The notes: generated by a model not told the origin, from the letters alone. 64,000 nucleotides of DNA from a virus (IMGVR_UViG_3300030339_000018), one strand, 5' to 3'; shown: positions 9,622-21,781, counted from the first letter of the stretch. Numbers and translations are program-made.

Positions 9622-11538
9622 TTAAAATAAACACAATTGTTTATCTTCAATTAAATTAATTAATTTATTACATTCTTTAATATAAAAATCATAATTAATA
9701 TCATATTCAGACATAATTTTTGATTCATAATTATTAAATATAGTTGTTACAACTCCTACACTTACTCCAGCTATTTTTCCACTTCCATCAGTTGATTTTT
9801 TATATAAAGCACCTCCATGATTTGATACAAAATATCTAGTAGTTTTACTTAATTTTTTAATTTTCATTATTTCATCAAGATAATGCCATTGGGCTTCAAA
9901 TCTACTATCAACTTTTAATCGTAAACAAAAATCATAAATATTATCATGTTTTCTTAATGTTTCTATTATTGGAATTCCAAAGAAAAAATATTGTTCTAAA
10001 GCAATAGATACAATTCTCATTGATGGATCTTTATGAAGATCTTTATTAATTTCAAAAGCACCTTTAGGTTTTATATGATCATCCATATATTGAGCAGAAT
10101 AATTATTAACATCTCTAATAATCATTTTTTTATACTCATTAAATTCATAAGTTAATCCCGTAATATTAGTCATTTCAGTAGTAACATCAATAGCTTTTTG
10201 ATAATCAGATCTTTTAAATCTTAAAGTAATACCATCAGTATTAACTTGAAGAATAACTAAATTTTTTATAGCTTTATGTAATTTTTCAATCCACATACTA
10301 ATCATAACTTGACCAGAAACAGTAGTTTTAAGAGTATATAAAGGATCATATAAATATGAATCTTCTGAATTAGTTTTACCATAACTTCCATTAGCAGCAA
10401 GTTTAAATCCTTCAACAATAACAAAATCTCGTTCTTTTTTAGGTTTTTTCTTTTCTGCTAATCTTACACTAACAATTTCTCCATCATAAATATCTAAAAA
10501 TCCAGTTCCTAAATGTTCAGGAAATAAACCTTGTTGTATAGCAAGACATGGATATAGACCATCAGCATCAATATCTAAAATCATATATTCATCATTTGAA
10601 TCATATACTCCAGATTTTATACAAGCATGACATCCTCCAACACCATAATCAAGTTTAGTTCCTTTATATATTACACTAAATGAAAATACGTTTTTAAGTA
10701 TACCATCATAAATAGTTGTTGAATTAAATTTATTTATTAATAAATCAAATTCTTTATCATTAAAATTAGTCCAAATTGGCATACAATTTTTTAATTGTAT
10801 TTCTTTTCGATAACTTCTTAATTTTTTAATTTCATTTATATTTAAACCAAATTTATCACAATATAATTTAAGAATTAATTCAGTTCCAAGTTTAATATCA
10901 TTATAATTCATACAAGGTAAATCGTATTGTCGTTGAATTTTTTGTCTTAATTCAATTTTATTTTTACCTTTATATAATGGATTTTCAGTATTACCTAAAG
11001 TAATGTTCAAAAATTCATTAGTTGCTTCAACATCATGTTTATTATAAGCTAAAATACTATTAATATCTTCAATAGTAGATATCCATTGAGTATGATGAAA
11101 TGGCATATCTTCTACAATAGGAAGATTCATTGCAACTTCTAATGCTTTTAAACTTGTAAGTTTAGCTTTATTATCATAATGCCAAATTCTAAATAAATCA
11201 ATTTGTTCTATTTTTTTATTCCAATCTGCAACTTGTGAAAATTGATTTGCAATTATTTCTTGAGATTTTTGATAAATCCTAGCAGTAATTGTCATTGGAT
11301 CTAAATATTTATATTCATGATAATGTCGAATAATATGATGTAATAATGGATAATCATAATTATCATTATTATAACCTATTTGAATTAATTTATCTCTAAA
11401 AAGATGATGTATTAATTCTTCATAATCATTTCTCAATTTATGAATTACAAATTGATGATACGTTTTTGTTTGACGACAATATCCAGTATATGTAAATAAA
11501 TTAGATAAACATTCTAAATCATATACTTCACTTAACAT
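9622..11538 (-). CDS. family B DNA polymerase (compact, with 3'-5' exonuclease domain)
   Basis: Exo I YDLEC, Exo II YNNDNYDYPLL, Exo III YNKHD. Pol motif A DIDADGLYPCL, motif B KLAANGSYGKT (Kx3NSxYG-like), motif C QVNTDGI. Confidence 0.7.
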   Translation of the reverse strand: MLSEVYDLECLSNLFTYTGYCRQTKTYHQFVIHKLRNDYEELIHHLFRDKLIQIGYNNDNYDYPLLHHIIRHYHEYKYLDPMTITARIYQKSQEIIANQFSQVADWNKKIEQIDLFRIWHYDNKAKLTSLKALEVAMNLPIVEDMPFHHTQWISTIEDINSILAYNKHDVEATNEFLNITLGNTENPLYKGKNKIELRQKIQRQYDLPCMNYNDIKLGTELILKLYCDKFGLNINEIKKLRSYRKEIQLKNCMPIWTNFNDKEFDLLINKFNSTTIYDGILKNVFSFSVIYKGTKLDYGVGGCHACIKSGVYDSNDEYMILDIDADGLYPCLAIQQGLFPEHLGTGFLDIYDGEIVSVRLAEKKKPKKERDFVIVEGFKLAANGSYGKTNSEDSYLYDPLYTLKTTVSGQVMISMWIEKLHKAIKNLVILQVNTDGITLRFKRSDYQKAIDVTTEMTNITGLTYEFNEYKKMIIRDVNNYSAQYMDDHIKPKGAFEINKDLHKDPSMRIVSIALEQYFFFGIPIIETLRKHDNIYDFCLRLKVDSRFEAQWHYLDEIMKIKKLSKTTRYFVSNHGGALYKKSTDGSGKIAGVSVGVVTTIFNNYESKIMSEYDINYDFYIKECNKLINLIEDKQLCLF

Positions 11539-13704
11539 TATACCAATTTATAGTTTTTAAATTCTGCAACTTCTTCAATTTGCTCCATTAAAGTAACCCA
11601 CTTTTTAATATGAAATAATACTTCTTCTTCCAAAGCAAATAAAATTTTATATCTTAAAGTTTCTAATTGAAGTGTAGTTAATTCAGAATATTTTTTACTA
11701 ACTCCTAATAAAATCATTGCACGAAATTGTACATAATTTAATCCTGCTGCATTTACTGGAATTTCTAAAGCAGTATTAATTCCAAGTCTTTCCTTAACAA
11801 CAGTTAATTTTTCAGACATAGTTTTGGCTTGTGAAATTTCTGTAAATTCTTTAGTTTCTTGAGCTGTAAACCATAAACCTTGTTTAATAATAAATGTTTT
11901 TGTTATATGTTTTCTATTAAACTTACCTAAAGTATCTTTACAACCTTTTAATACAGAAGCAATTGTTATACCATTTAATTGTGGTGGTAAACCACTATAT
12001 AAATTTTGCATTCTTACTTCTTGATCAGCAAATGTATCCTGATTTTTAAATAATGAATTTCTAATTTCAGTAAGTAAAGTAAATCTTGTATATTTTGGAT
12101 TACAATCAATAGCTTCAAACCACCTTATTAATAATTCAGCACCACAGTCATTAATTTGTTTACTTATTTCTTCAAGAACTACATATCTACCAGGATGTTC
12201 TTTAGATGTATTTAAAAGCATTGTTTTACAATGAGTATATTTTTCATTTAAAATATCTTCTGATAAATCAATCATTTTTATACTAACTTGTTCAGCACTA
12301 TTTAAATCTTTTTTATTTTTCCAAATATAAGATTCTAGTTTTATTTTACTTGTTTCTTTCATTATCTATATTATTTTTATTTCTATATCTTTTTTTTCCA
12401 TATCTTTAACAAAATCTCTAATATATGTATTAGTAAAATTATAAATATTAAATTGTCCTGTTTTTGGATCAAAATATTTATCTCCAGCAATTGCATCTTC
12501 ATATGTAATATACCCTATATCACCAATAGTAATTTGTGATATATCCCAATTTGGAAGTTGTGTGCACATTATATATTTATCTATTCCTAATTCAAATACA
12601 TATACTAAATAAATTCCTACTTTTTTAGCGACTAATTTTCCTTTTACTGTTTCAATCATTATACTCAGTATAATCGCAATCTACTAGTTCAATAAGAGAC
12701 ATTGGAAATTTCTTTTGATATAATGTTGCAGCTTGTTTAGTAAAAGTAACAATATCCTCTAGTTCTCCGTCAGCATTATAAATATAATACTCTTGTAAAG
12801 AATCTTTTGTTTTTGCCATTAGTTTTTTATTTGATAAGTTCCTTGAAGAACTCCGCCAATTATCTCACCTATTTGACTAGTTAGGTTTTCTATTCTTTGC
12901 TTTAAAATATCTATTTCACATTTATAGTGAGCTTCAGTATATTCTGAACCAGATACAAATGCATCTCGAATTTCAGCAGCCATAGTAACAGCTTCTAAAT
13001 ACTGATTAACTAAATAAACATTAGCTGCATTTCGTTTATCAGAATAAGTTAACATTATGAAATATAAAGATTACCTATTTCTTCCATAAAACGTTCTGCT
13101 TCTTCTACTTCTGAATTTGCTTCAATACGACCATCAGTTAAATCTTTAGTCATTTGATATGTAGAATTTCTTGTTTTAAAAATAGAATTAGAAATAATTT
13201 CAGTTACTGGTGAAGTTCTTAAACCTCCTAGATACACACAATCACCTACTATTACATTATTATGTAAAATTCCAATTTGAGTGTATCCTTTATTAATTTT
13301 ATTTGGATGTTCTCCATTAAAAACATCATCAGATAATTTTTCTATTTTTACTAAATCTCCTTTTTTAATCAACTCCATTGCTTTCTGTTTTTAAACTTGC
13401 ATCATAAACTAATTCATAATCTTCCCACTCTTCATCAGTTCCTTCAAATAAAGAAATTGAACTTGAATAATAATCATATTCTTGATTTTCTGCAATACTA
13501 ATCATTTCATCAGTATAATCTTCACCTTCTTCAAGTTGTTCTGCAAATAAATCGGATAAAACCTGCTCAAAACCACTAAAATCTGCAAAATTATTATAAG
13601 ATAATTCTTCAGCAAGATTAAGTAAATCAATTTCATCTTCAGCTATTGCCGCATAATCATTATATTCACCACACCAAGCAGTTTCAACATGAATTATATA
13701 TTTA

Positions 13705-14127
13705 TTAAAATTTTTCATTGTATTTATTATAAAAATTTGTTATAATTTTGCCACCTACTGGATTTTCACGTAAAGAATCACGTAAAATTGCTTCTTCTAA
13801 TTTAATAGGAAATTGTTTATATTCAATGTTAATTTCATATATTGAAGCAAATTTAATCCATTTATTTAAATATGTTTGATTTAAATTAGTAGCATCTAAT
13901 ACTACAGTATAACCTGCTGTTAGTCCTTCTATAACACAATTAGTTTCTATATAAGTAACTAAATTTTCTCGTTGTGGAACCCAATATTTACCTAGCATAT
14001 TTCGTATATCATCCCTATTAACTCTTACTCGAGTTAAAGGGGATTCTAGTACAAATTGTTTAGCCCACGTTGATTTTCCTGAAGCAGGAATACCTTGGGT
14101 TAATATTAATTTTTGAACTTCTTGCAT
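13705..14127 (-). CDS. P-loop polynucleotide kinase (AAA_33/Pnk kinase domain)
   Basis: Walker A GIPASGKSTWAKQF, about 140 aa, adjacent to an RNA ligase gene. Confidence 0.45.
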   Translation of the reverse strand: MQEVQKLILTQGIPASGKSTWAKQFVLESPLTRVRVNRDDIRNMLGKYWVPQRENLVTYIETNCVIEGLTAGYTVVLDATNLNQTYLNKWIKFASIYEINIEYKQFPIKLEEAILRDSLRENPVGGKIITNFYNKYNEKF

Positions 14128-14358
14128 ATTATAATTGTTCTACAACTGCAGTACAAATATCTTCTACTAAAGTAGTAAGAGTGTTACAATTATTTCCATC
14201 ATAATCACATATTTCTGACCCATTATTTTCAAATTTAATAAAATCATTTAATTCATCTAAAGAAGTTATTTTAATATTTATAGAAATTTCAATTGGATTG
14301 AATTTTATTTTTGAAACATTTATAGTCTTTTCCATTATTTTATTTTTTTATTTAGTAA

Positions 14359-15663
14359 TTAATTCTCAGATTCTATATCAATAATATTTTTATCTAGATT
14401 TTTACTCTCCATTTCATAAAAACCAAAAGATTTACATTTATATGCTTCGAATTCATTTTTTTCAATTCTTATTACAACTCCTTCTTCTACAACTTTATTC
14501 TTACAAATATAACAATCTTTTTCATTATACATTTCCTTTAAAACACTTAAGAAATCTTCCATGTTTTCTGGATTTTGTACTGATAGTTCAGCATATCTAA
14601 ACATAAAATCAAATACACTTCCATAATACAATTCTGGTACAGCCAAAAGACCTTTTTCTTTACAGAAATCTTGTACTTGGTGAGCACTGAATTCAAATAC
14701 TTTTCCAGATGGATTAGTATAAGTTATACGATAGATTCTGATTTCAAATTTACCCTCTTCTTGACCATAATCAAATGGACCTTGGATATATCCACCAGAA
14801 GGTAAAAATCCTACTATTTCATAATAGAAAGTCATCCCATCAGATAAGAACTCTTTAACCATTTCATGAGCTTTACCCCATATATCTGTATCATAGAAAT
14901 GAACAGCATTAGGATTTAAATCTGGATTCTTAATAACTTTACGTGAACTATAAATATAGTCATAATGTGTATCAACTACTTTTATAAATTTACTAGCAAG
15001 TTTTTCAAACCAATTTAAAGGTTTCTTACATAGAATTTTAGCAGAAATACCAGAAGTACCATGCATTTTATATGTAATAGAAATTAAATCATGAGGATGA
15101 ATCTTATGTAAATTTTTATATAATATAGAAGTATCATCATGAAATCTAAATTGATTTTCAATTAATTTTGATTCCCTTGCTAATTTTCCTTTACCTTTTT
15201 TACTATTAGGTGTACCTTGTATTTTATTAGTTTTAATAACATATTTAGAACAAATTGGAACTTTTTGATATTCATCAAATGATCCACCAATTGTCGGAAG
15301 TTCTGCAGCATATCCTTTAGTAATAAACTCTAAAGAATTCAAAGGCATATATAATCCTTCAGATTTATGTCCTCTAAATTTTACACACTTAATACGTCCA
15401 TTTTCTTCAAAATAACCTTTTTTAGTAGAATCTTTATTTAATTCTGCTTTTTTATATAAGTTATTAGCACTAAGATATTCTTTTGATAAGGCTGTTTCAA
15501 CTGGAAAATATAATCCCATTTCATTCATATGTACATCTAATCCAACAACTACTTGGTTTCCCATTATAATTGTGGCCTGTACTTTATCACATCCATCAAG
15601 AGGGACGAGTGCAATAATTTTTACTACAACTGCTGCATAGTTTTCATTTATAGGTTTATTCAT
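14359..15663 (-). CDS. ATP-dependent RNA ligase (Rnl2-like nucleotidyltransferase)
   Basis: Motif I YKMHGTSG (KxHGxxG as in Rnl2 KIHGTN); downstream FYYEIVGF and EGxF-like motifs. Confidence 0.5.
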   Translation of the reverse strand: MNKPINENYAAVVVKIIALVPLDGCDKVQATIIMGNQVVVGLDVHMNEMGLYFPVETALSKEYLSANNLYKKAELNKDSTKKGYFEENGRIKCVKFRGHKSEGLYMPLNSLEFITKGYAAELPTIGGSFDEYQKVPICSKYVIKTNKIQGTPNSKKGKGKLARESKLIENQFRFHDDTSILYKNLHKIHPHDLISITYKMHGTSGISAKILCKKPLNWFEKLASKFIKVVDTHYDYIYSSRKVIKNPDLNPNAVHFYDTDIWGKAHEMVKEFLSDGMTFYYEIVGFLPSGGYIQGPFDYGQEEGKFEIRIYRITYTNPSGKVFEFSAHQVQDFCKEKGLLAVPELYYGSVFDFMFRYAELSVQNPENMEDFLSVLKEMYNEKDCYICKNKVVEEGVVIRIEKNEFEAYKCKSFGFYEMESKNLDKNIIDIESEN

Positions 15664-16911
15664 ATTTATACTTCATTAGTTATAATTATTTCTAACCAAG
15701 TACAATCTTCTGTAGCAGCTAATTCATCTTCATCATATGGATCAGTTTCCCAAGCTAATGGAGAACAAAGTTTTTCTGTTATACCTCCACATACACATCC
15801 AGCTTTAAAGTAAACTGTATATATTGTATCAAATCCTTCTACTATATATTTATCTCCAATTTGGATTTCAATTCCATTTACATCAAATAAATTTGTTTTC
15901 ATTATAATATTGTTATTTTGTAATCAATGAAAGATACATAATCTACAATTTCTTCTTCAATATAATTAGTTGTATCTAACCAATCAAAGATTTGTTTTTG
16001 TGTAAAATTATCTAAATTAGTACTATAATCTTCTTCATCATCATGAACAAGATTATTAAGCCCTTCTAATAATTCATCATTGTCAATGTCTATTTCTAAT
16101 TCTACTTTAAGTCTCATTTAATTCCTTTTTTAATTCTTTTTCTTCTTTAATTCTTTTACGTTTTTCCTTCGCAGTTTCTACTTCTATATAAATAGCATTT
16201 TCTTTTAACCAATTTGAAGGAGCTGCAAGAAGATTAGTATATTTAAATAGTTGATAGTCTGTATAGGTATAAATAACAAAATCCACTAGATCTTTTATAA
16301 TCGTAGTGGATTTGTACATACTTGATTCTTCTAAATTCCAAGAATCCTGGGTTCTTTTAAAAATTTCTACTTCATAAATAAAAGCAGGGTACTCTTTTAA
16401 AAGTAAATCGTTATATTTATGATAGTGTTCCATTATTTTAAATAAATTAATAAAAAATCTTTTAATTGCGATGATAAAGATATTCCTATACATTGTGGCA
16501 TAACTGCACACCTATATAAAGATTTTGCATTTTCATTAAAATAACTACAATTAAAACATTCTTCTTTTAAATTAACACTTTCTAATATTAATTTAAATCT
16601 TCCATTTTCTAATGTCTTTAATAAATTTATATTATAATTTTCCATTCTATTCTTCTCTTGATATAGTTAAATTACCATAATACATACTTCCACTAATGTA
16701 TAAAATATCAGTAGGATTTTTAAAATAGATAAAAGTATTCCAATAATCTACTTGCCAACCATTAGTATCATAATCATCATTATCATAATATCCAATTGTA
16801 TTTAAAGCATCTTTTACTATTCCATATGATAAACAATCATAAGAAACTTTATCTTTTAAACCTCCCATAAGTTTTAAAATATCATTTGAAACTTCTTCAG
16901 TTAATTGTTCT

Positions 16912-18018
16912 TTAGTTTGCACTTTCTAATAGATAACGGTATTGAATATAACCTTTAAAATTATTACACCAACCATTAGCTGATTCTGGAAAATATTGAA
17001 CTCCATAACTAACACCTTCATCATCAATATATTTACCTTGACCTTTAGTAAAAGTATAATATTCTTCTTCTGTCATAGTGCGAGCACAATGTTCAAAAGG
17101 AGATAAATGCCTATTTGCTTTAAGCATATCATGCATATCAATATCTTTTTGATAATTGATTTCTTTATCGAATGTCATATAAGATAAACGTGCACAACGT
17201 GCAGTTGCAATTTTAATAATAGTATTCTCTGTTTGTTCATAAGGAGCAACATTAGACATTAATTCTATATTCATTTTATCACCAAAAGGAACATGCCATT
17301 CACCTGCTTTTAATAATTTAGGTGTAGATTCATTCATTACATCCCACATACTTTCAGCTAATGCTTGAATATGAATTTCAGCACCTGATGTATTAATATT
17401 TTGCCAATCATAATAAGAAAAATTTTCTAATTTTGTTAAATTTACTTTATTACTATGATTATTAATACAATCTTTTTTACTTTTAAAATAAAAACCTTCT
17501 CCACTTACTGGAGTATGAAATTTTGGACAACGAAGTTCAAAAAAATTATCATATTCAGTAGCTGTTAATAATACTGTATGCCACATAAATGGTTCTAGTA
17601 ATCTATTACAAAGTTGTTTAGTTATTCCTTCAGAAATAATTTCCCCTGGATCTTCAACTGATGTTTTCTTAATAATTGAGTCATGTAAATCATCTGCACA
17701 TTGAATTGCTTTTCTACTAGCATTAAGCCATTGACCGTGTCTAAATCTTATCTGCTTTTCGTCAGTTACATATTCTGTACCCTGCATACCAGAGTGATCT
17801 TTTTGCCATGCAATAGGAATAAATGGATCTGTTTCTACCATTGCTACCATCTTTTCAAATGGAATGGCTCGACTGCTTGCACTATTGCGCGTAAATAACC
17901 GATGTGTATTTAATTCAGGTAATATAAATCTTGGAAATGTTAACAAATAAGTTGTTATTCTATTACCAAATTCATTTATACTATCTGCTACTATTTCTGC
18001 ATTAATTTTTCTACTCAT
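16912..18018 (-). CDS. thyX: flavin-dependent thymidylate synthase ThyX
   Basis: HRLFTRNSASSRAIP resembles the ThyX RHRx7SxR motif; RCARLSYM region; size fits. Confidence 0.55.
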   Translation of the reverse strand: MSRKINAEIVADSINEFGNRITTYLLTFPRFILPELNTHRLFTRNSASSRAIPFEKMVAMVETDPFIPIAWQKDHSGMQGTEYVTDEKQIRFRHGQWLNASRKAIQCADDLHDSIIKKTSVEDPGEIISEGITKQLCNRLLEPFMWHTVLLTATEYDNFFELRCPKFHTPVSGEGFYFKSKKDCINNHSNKVNLTKLENFSYYDWQNINTSGAEIHIQALAESMWDVMNESTPKLLKAGEWHVPFGDKMNIELMSNVAPYEQTENTIIKIATARCARLSYMTFDKEINYQKDIDMHDMLKANRHLSPFEHCARTMTEEEYYTFTKGQGKYIDDEGVSYGVQYFPESANGWCNNFKGYIQYRYLLESAN

Positions 18019-18552
18019 ATTTAATATTTTTCATTTGTTCAAATAAATCTAACAAATCAGATGGTTCATTAATACTCCATCCTTTTGTTCTAAGAACATA
18101 AAATCCACCTTCAGTATCTAATCCACCACAAACTGATTCCATAGTAATTGATAATTTTTCATCTTCATCACTTTTTCCAGTTGTACCGTTTGTATTAGTA
18201 TCTTGTAAAAAAGTGAATACTGCTATATCTAATAACGGTTTTTTTATTTCCATTATAACATTCCTAAAAAAGGTAAAGCTGATTTAGCTTTTTGCATTAA
18301 ACTTGGTTTTGCTTCTACTTTAGCCATAATTTCAATTAAAGTTTGAGCTCCAAATTCATTTACTATAATCTGAACAGCTCTTAGTAAAGCCATTCCTTGT
18401 TCATTACTATTAATTACCGCCCTAAAAGTCATTTCTTCTACTATTGGGTATATTATAGGTTTTGTATCCGTTTTTTCTTGTATTGTACCTTGTATTGCTT
18501 CTGATGCCGGTACTTTTGCAACAGATAATTGTATTCCTTGATTTTCCATATT

Positions 18553-20343
18553 TTATATTTTATTTAAATTAACATTTGAATGTCTAACTGTAACATTTCC
18601 AGTACTTGTTTGATTCATACAACCAAACCAAATATAATCTCCTACTGCAACATTTACTATCCCAGATGATGACATTCCAGAATAATCTGTTGATGTTTGA
18701 AATCTTCTAGATGCTACAATATTATCTAATGACGTTGCATTTTGAAATAATTCAAACTTAAATGTATCTGTGGAATTTGATGGGAATGCTGTAACACTAA
18801 ATGCTAAAACATATGCTGCATTTGAACCTGGATTAACCTGTAGAGTACTTCCCCTACTAACTGATCCTGTTCTAGTTGACGTAAATGCATGTGTAATATA
18901 ATATGAATTTATAGTTACAAATGTTACAGTATAAACTCCATTATAATCTACTGTACCAACCTGAGTTACTGGTTCTCCTGTAAGTAAATTATGTGGTGTT
19001 GTAGTTGTTATTAATACTGTACCAGGAATTGTTCCACTATAATTGGCTACACTTGCTATTGAAGCACTTGCTCCAATTTTAAATGTAAATCCAAGTAATG
19101 AACCAGCACCAAAATTATTAATAGAATGATAAAGATTTATATTAGTTATATTAGTTGCAATAGCATTTTCATATTGATACATTTCTCCATACAATACTTG
19201 CGTACCATTAATTCATTCAGTTCCATTATATCTAAGTACCTGATCAAAGACAGGAGCTGTAATTGTTACATCACTTAATCCAGTCAATTCATTATTTAAT
19301 ATAACTCTTACAAATAAAGTTCCTGCTGTAGCACTAATAACACCAACTCTACCAACTCTAATTACATATTGTAATGGATCAGTTGGTGGAGTCATAGTTA
19401 GTCCTCCAGCTACTGTAGGACTTAAATATACATTAGCTCCAGATACAAAACCTAAAGTATTTAAATTATGTACTACACCAATATTAGTAATTAAACCAGT
19501 ATCTCCAGGTAAAATATCCTGAGTAGCAACCCCAAGAACTGTGGATGTAGCTTCTGATGTTGCAATAGCTAAAGATATAGTACTAGTATCACTTACAAGA
19601 CCAGTAGAATAAACCACTTGACCATTAAGAATAGTTGAACCTGTATTATTAAAACATAATACTGTTGTTTCTTGACCTATTTGTAATGTAACATTTCCTG
19701 CAATCATTATAGCTGCTGTTTTATTAGGAGCATCATAATATAATCTTCCTTGGTCAAATGGACCAACAAGTGGTGCATTTCCAAGTTTAATTCCTTCATT
19801 AAAAGTTGGATAACCATTAATAATTGTTTGTGGTACTGTTTGATCTAATGTTAAATATGATCCTATATTTGCTTTTAATTGTAATTGATCATATAATAAT
19901 TTAGCACTTGGATATTGTACATCTGTTGATGCACCTGAAATAGAAACAACTTTATTAGATATATCTTCTTTTCCTGCAATAGCTGCACTAGTTATATAAC
20001 CAACATCATTTGTAAATGCTGATATTAAAGTTGGAATAGCAGCACTTGTTATAAAGCCACTATCATTTGTTAATTGTGATGTTAAAGTGGGTATAATAGG
20101 TTTACCAGTTAAACTGGCATAAGTTCCTAAAGTAGCTACAGGAGCTAATATAGGTTTATTAAGTATTTCTGCTACTCCAGAAATGGCATTTCAATCTGAA
20201 TTTACTTGAACTCCTCCAGAGCCAAGATTTAAATCATTTACAAATTGACTAAGAAAAGTAGGTCTATTGATTACATTTAATCAATTAATTTTTTCTCCAC
20301 CTAATCCTAGTAAAGTTATGTAGTTGGGGGTTTCTTGTGTCAT
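18553..20343 (-). CDS. tail fibre / receptor-binding-like structural protein, about 596 codons including three in-frame TGA codons (19213-19215, 20191-20193, 20281-20283)
   Basis: ATG at 20341-20343 follows a terminator hairpin. One frame is continuous through TNDxGxITSAAI repeats and Ser/Thr/Gly/Asn-rich sequence. ORF-track pieces 19213..19707 and 18553..19194 are in the same frame and separated only by a TGA. Confidence 0.6.
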
Positions 20344-20355
20344 AATATATAGTAT

Positions 20356-20390
20356 AAAAAAAGGAGGGATATAAATATCTCTCCTTTTTA
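20356..20390 (-). terminator. bidirectional rho-independent terminator between the 20397..20569 ORF and the tail-fibre gene start
   Basis: Hairpin GGAGGGATAT-AA-ATATCTCTCC flanked by an A7-8 run (T-run on minus) and TTTTT on plus. Confidence 0.5.
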
Positions 20391-20396
20391 AGGTTG

Positions 20397-20569
20397 TTAC
20401 TTAGTTAAAAGTTTCATAATTTCTGATTCTGTACAAACGTATGAATCCATTATATCTGCTGTAGCTTTACCAAGTGTATCATAATAAAATTTACGTATTT
20501 TCATACGTTCTTCATTTAATACTAAGTCAATAACTTTAGTAAAACTAATTTTCATATATTCTTCTTCCA
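20397..20569 (-). CDS. small hypothetical protein (57 aa, below ORF-track cutoff)
   Basis: ATG..TAA ORF MEEEYMKISFTKVIDLVLNEERMKIRKFYYDTLGKATADIMDSYVCTESEIMKLLTK, immediately upstream of the terminator at 20356-20390. Confidence 0.3.
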
Positions 20570-20922
20570 TTACGATACTTTATTAGTTTCGTAGATTGCT
20601 ACTGCTCCACCTGCTGCTGAAGCTATTGCCATGAATGATGCTACTGAATTAGTAACAAATGCATCTCCGGCTGCTGCTGTTGCTGTTGCTGGTGTTAATA
20701 ACATTTCATAATCAGTTGCACTAACTACAGTAAAAGAACCTGAAATAGGAATTTTTTTAATATAAATAGTTTGTGTTGCTGATGTATTTTGGATTTGAAG
20801 ACTAGCTCTACTAGTATTAATAGGAGCTACTACTACGGATGTTGTTCCAACTACTAAAGGACTTGCCATAATTTTAAGTTTTTTTAAAAAATAGGGGAGA
20901 TTTTACTTCCCCTATCTTAAAA

Positions 20923-21726
20923 TTAGACAATAGTAGTTCCTGTTACTGTTGGATGAATATGAGTTAAGATTGAACTTAACAGATATTGATTTTGAGCATT
21001 GTTACTAACTTGATTGTTAGCAGCAGCTAATTGATCTCTTAAATTTTGTACATTTAAGTCATTAATTAATGAACGTGTTGCATTTCCGTCAGAATTAATT
21101 AATGATTTAATTTCACAGCAACATTGAGCCATTGCAGCAGCATTTGCAGTTCCTTGAGCTATAATTTGATTAGTAGCATTTTGTGTTTGCATTGCAGCTC
21201 CATTAAAACCTTGTAACGTTGTAGTTGTTAGGTTATTAAATGAATTCAATTGTTGTAATGCATTTTGATTACTTTGTGCAGTAATGTCACGACCTAAATC
21301 ATTAATTCCTTGTAAAGTAGTAAAAGCTGATGTAGCTTGTGCTGTTGATAAATTAGCTACAGAATTTAGAATATTTGCAGCTCCACCATCTATTGCTGAA
21401 TTAACTCTACGAAATTCACTATTTAAGATACTATTTAAGTCACCAGAAGCAACTTGAGATCCTAAATTAGTAATTTGTGATTGTAATGATTGAAATGCTG
21501 GATTAAGAACTACATCAGTTGCTACTGCTGTTGCTGCTGGAGCTACATATCCTGCTCCATATCCTCCACCTCAACCACCACGTCCACCAAGTAATCCACC
21601 TGCTAACGCTCCACCTAATAATCCGGCGATTCCCCCGCCTAAAATTCCACCTCCTGTGCCTAAAGCGGCTCCTGAAGTTCCTGTTCCTCCCATTGCTGGG
21701 ATCATGCCATCTAATGTAAGTGCCAT
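20923..21726 (-). CDS. Gly/Ala/Asn-rich low-complexity structural protein with one in-frame TGA (21571-21573)
   Basis: ATG at 21724-21726 lies downstream of a TAcCTTTG motif (21764-21781). The frame reads MALTLDGMIPAMGGTGTSGAALGTGGGILGGGIAGLLGGALAGGLLGGRGG[TGA]GGGYGAGYVAPAATAV... and continues into ORF 20923..21249 with no other stop. Confidence 0.6.
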
Positions 21727-21763
21727 AATTTAAAGTTTTTAAAAGTTTGTAATAATAATTAAA

Positions 21764-21781
21764 GTTTGTAGTACAAAGGTA
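21764..21781 (-). promoter_or_regulatory. Bacteroidota-type promoter -7 element (TAcCTTTG on minus strand) upstream of the Gly-rich structural gene. The same element recurs at about 8268-8283, 9567-9582, 35529-35545, 39009-39025, 42814-42828, 43973-43988, 55811-55827 and 61365-61381.
   Basis: Plus-strand CAAAGgTA / CAAAGaTA embedded in AT-rich context, about 20-40 nt upstream of minus-strand start codons. Confidence 0.45.

Noticed and set aside
20361-20372. Shine-Dalgarno-like AAGGAGGG on the plus strand
   Set aside because: No downstream plus-strand ORF. The sequence is one arm of the terminator hairpin, and Bacteroidota-type messages generally lack SD sequences.
21519-21719. Plus-strand ORF MLLLLLLELHILLH..., and the other plus-strand ORFs in the track (557..817, 825..1022, 9380..9598, 15553..15813, 17701..17898, 25132..25326, 30859..31044, 34453..34662, 34629..34841, 37082..37291, 39992..40195, 40096..40287, 40351..40542, 43951..44202, 47318..47521, 49239..49427, 53479..53664, 56270..56575, 56918..57100, 63024..63245)
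   Set aside because: All lie antisense to longer, better-supported minus-strand genes or across tRNA genes. They have homopolymeric or low-complexity translations typical of shadow ORFs in AT-rich DNA. The genome segment is otherwise strictly unidirectional.
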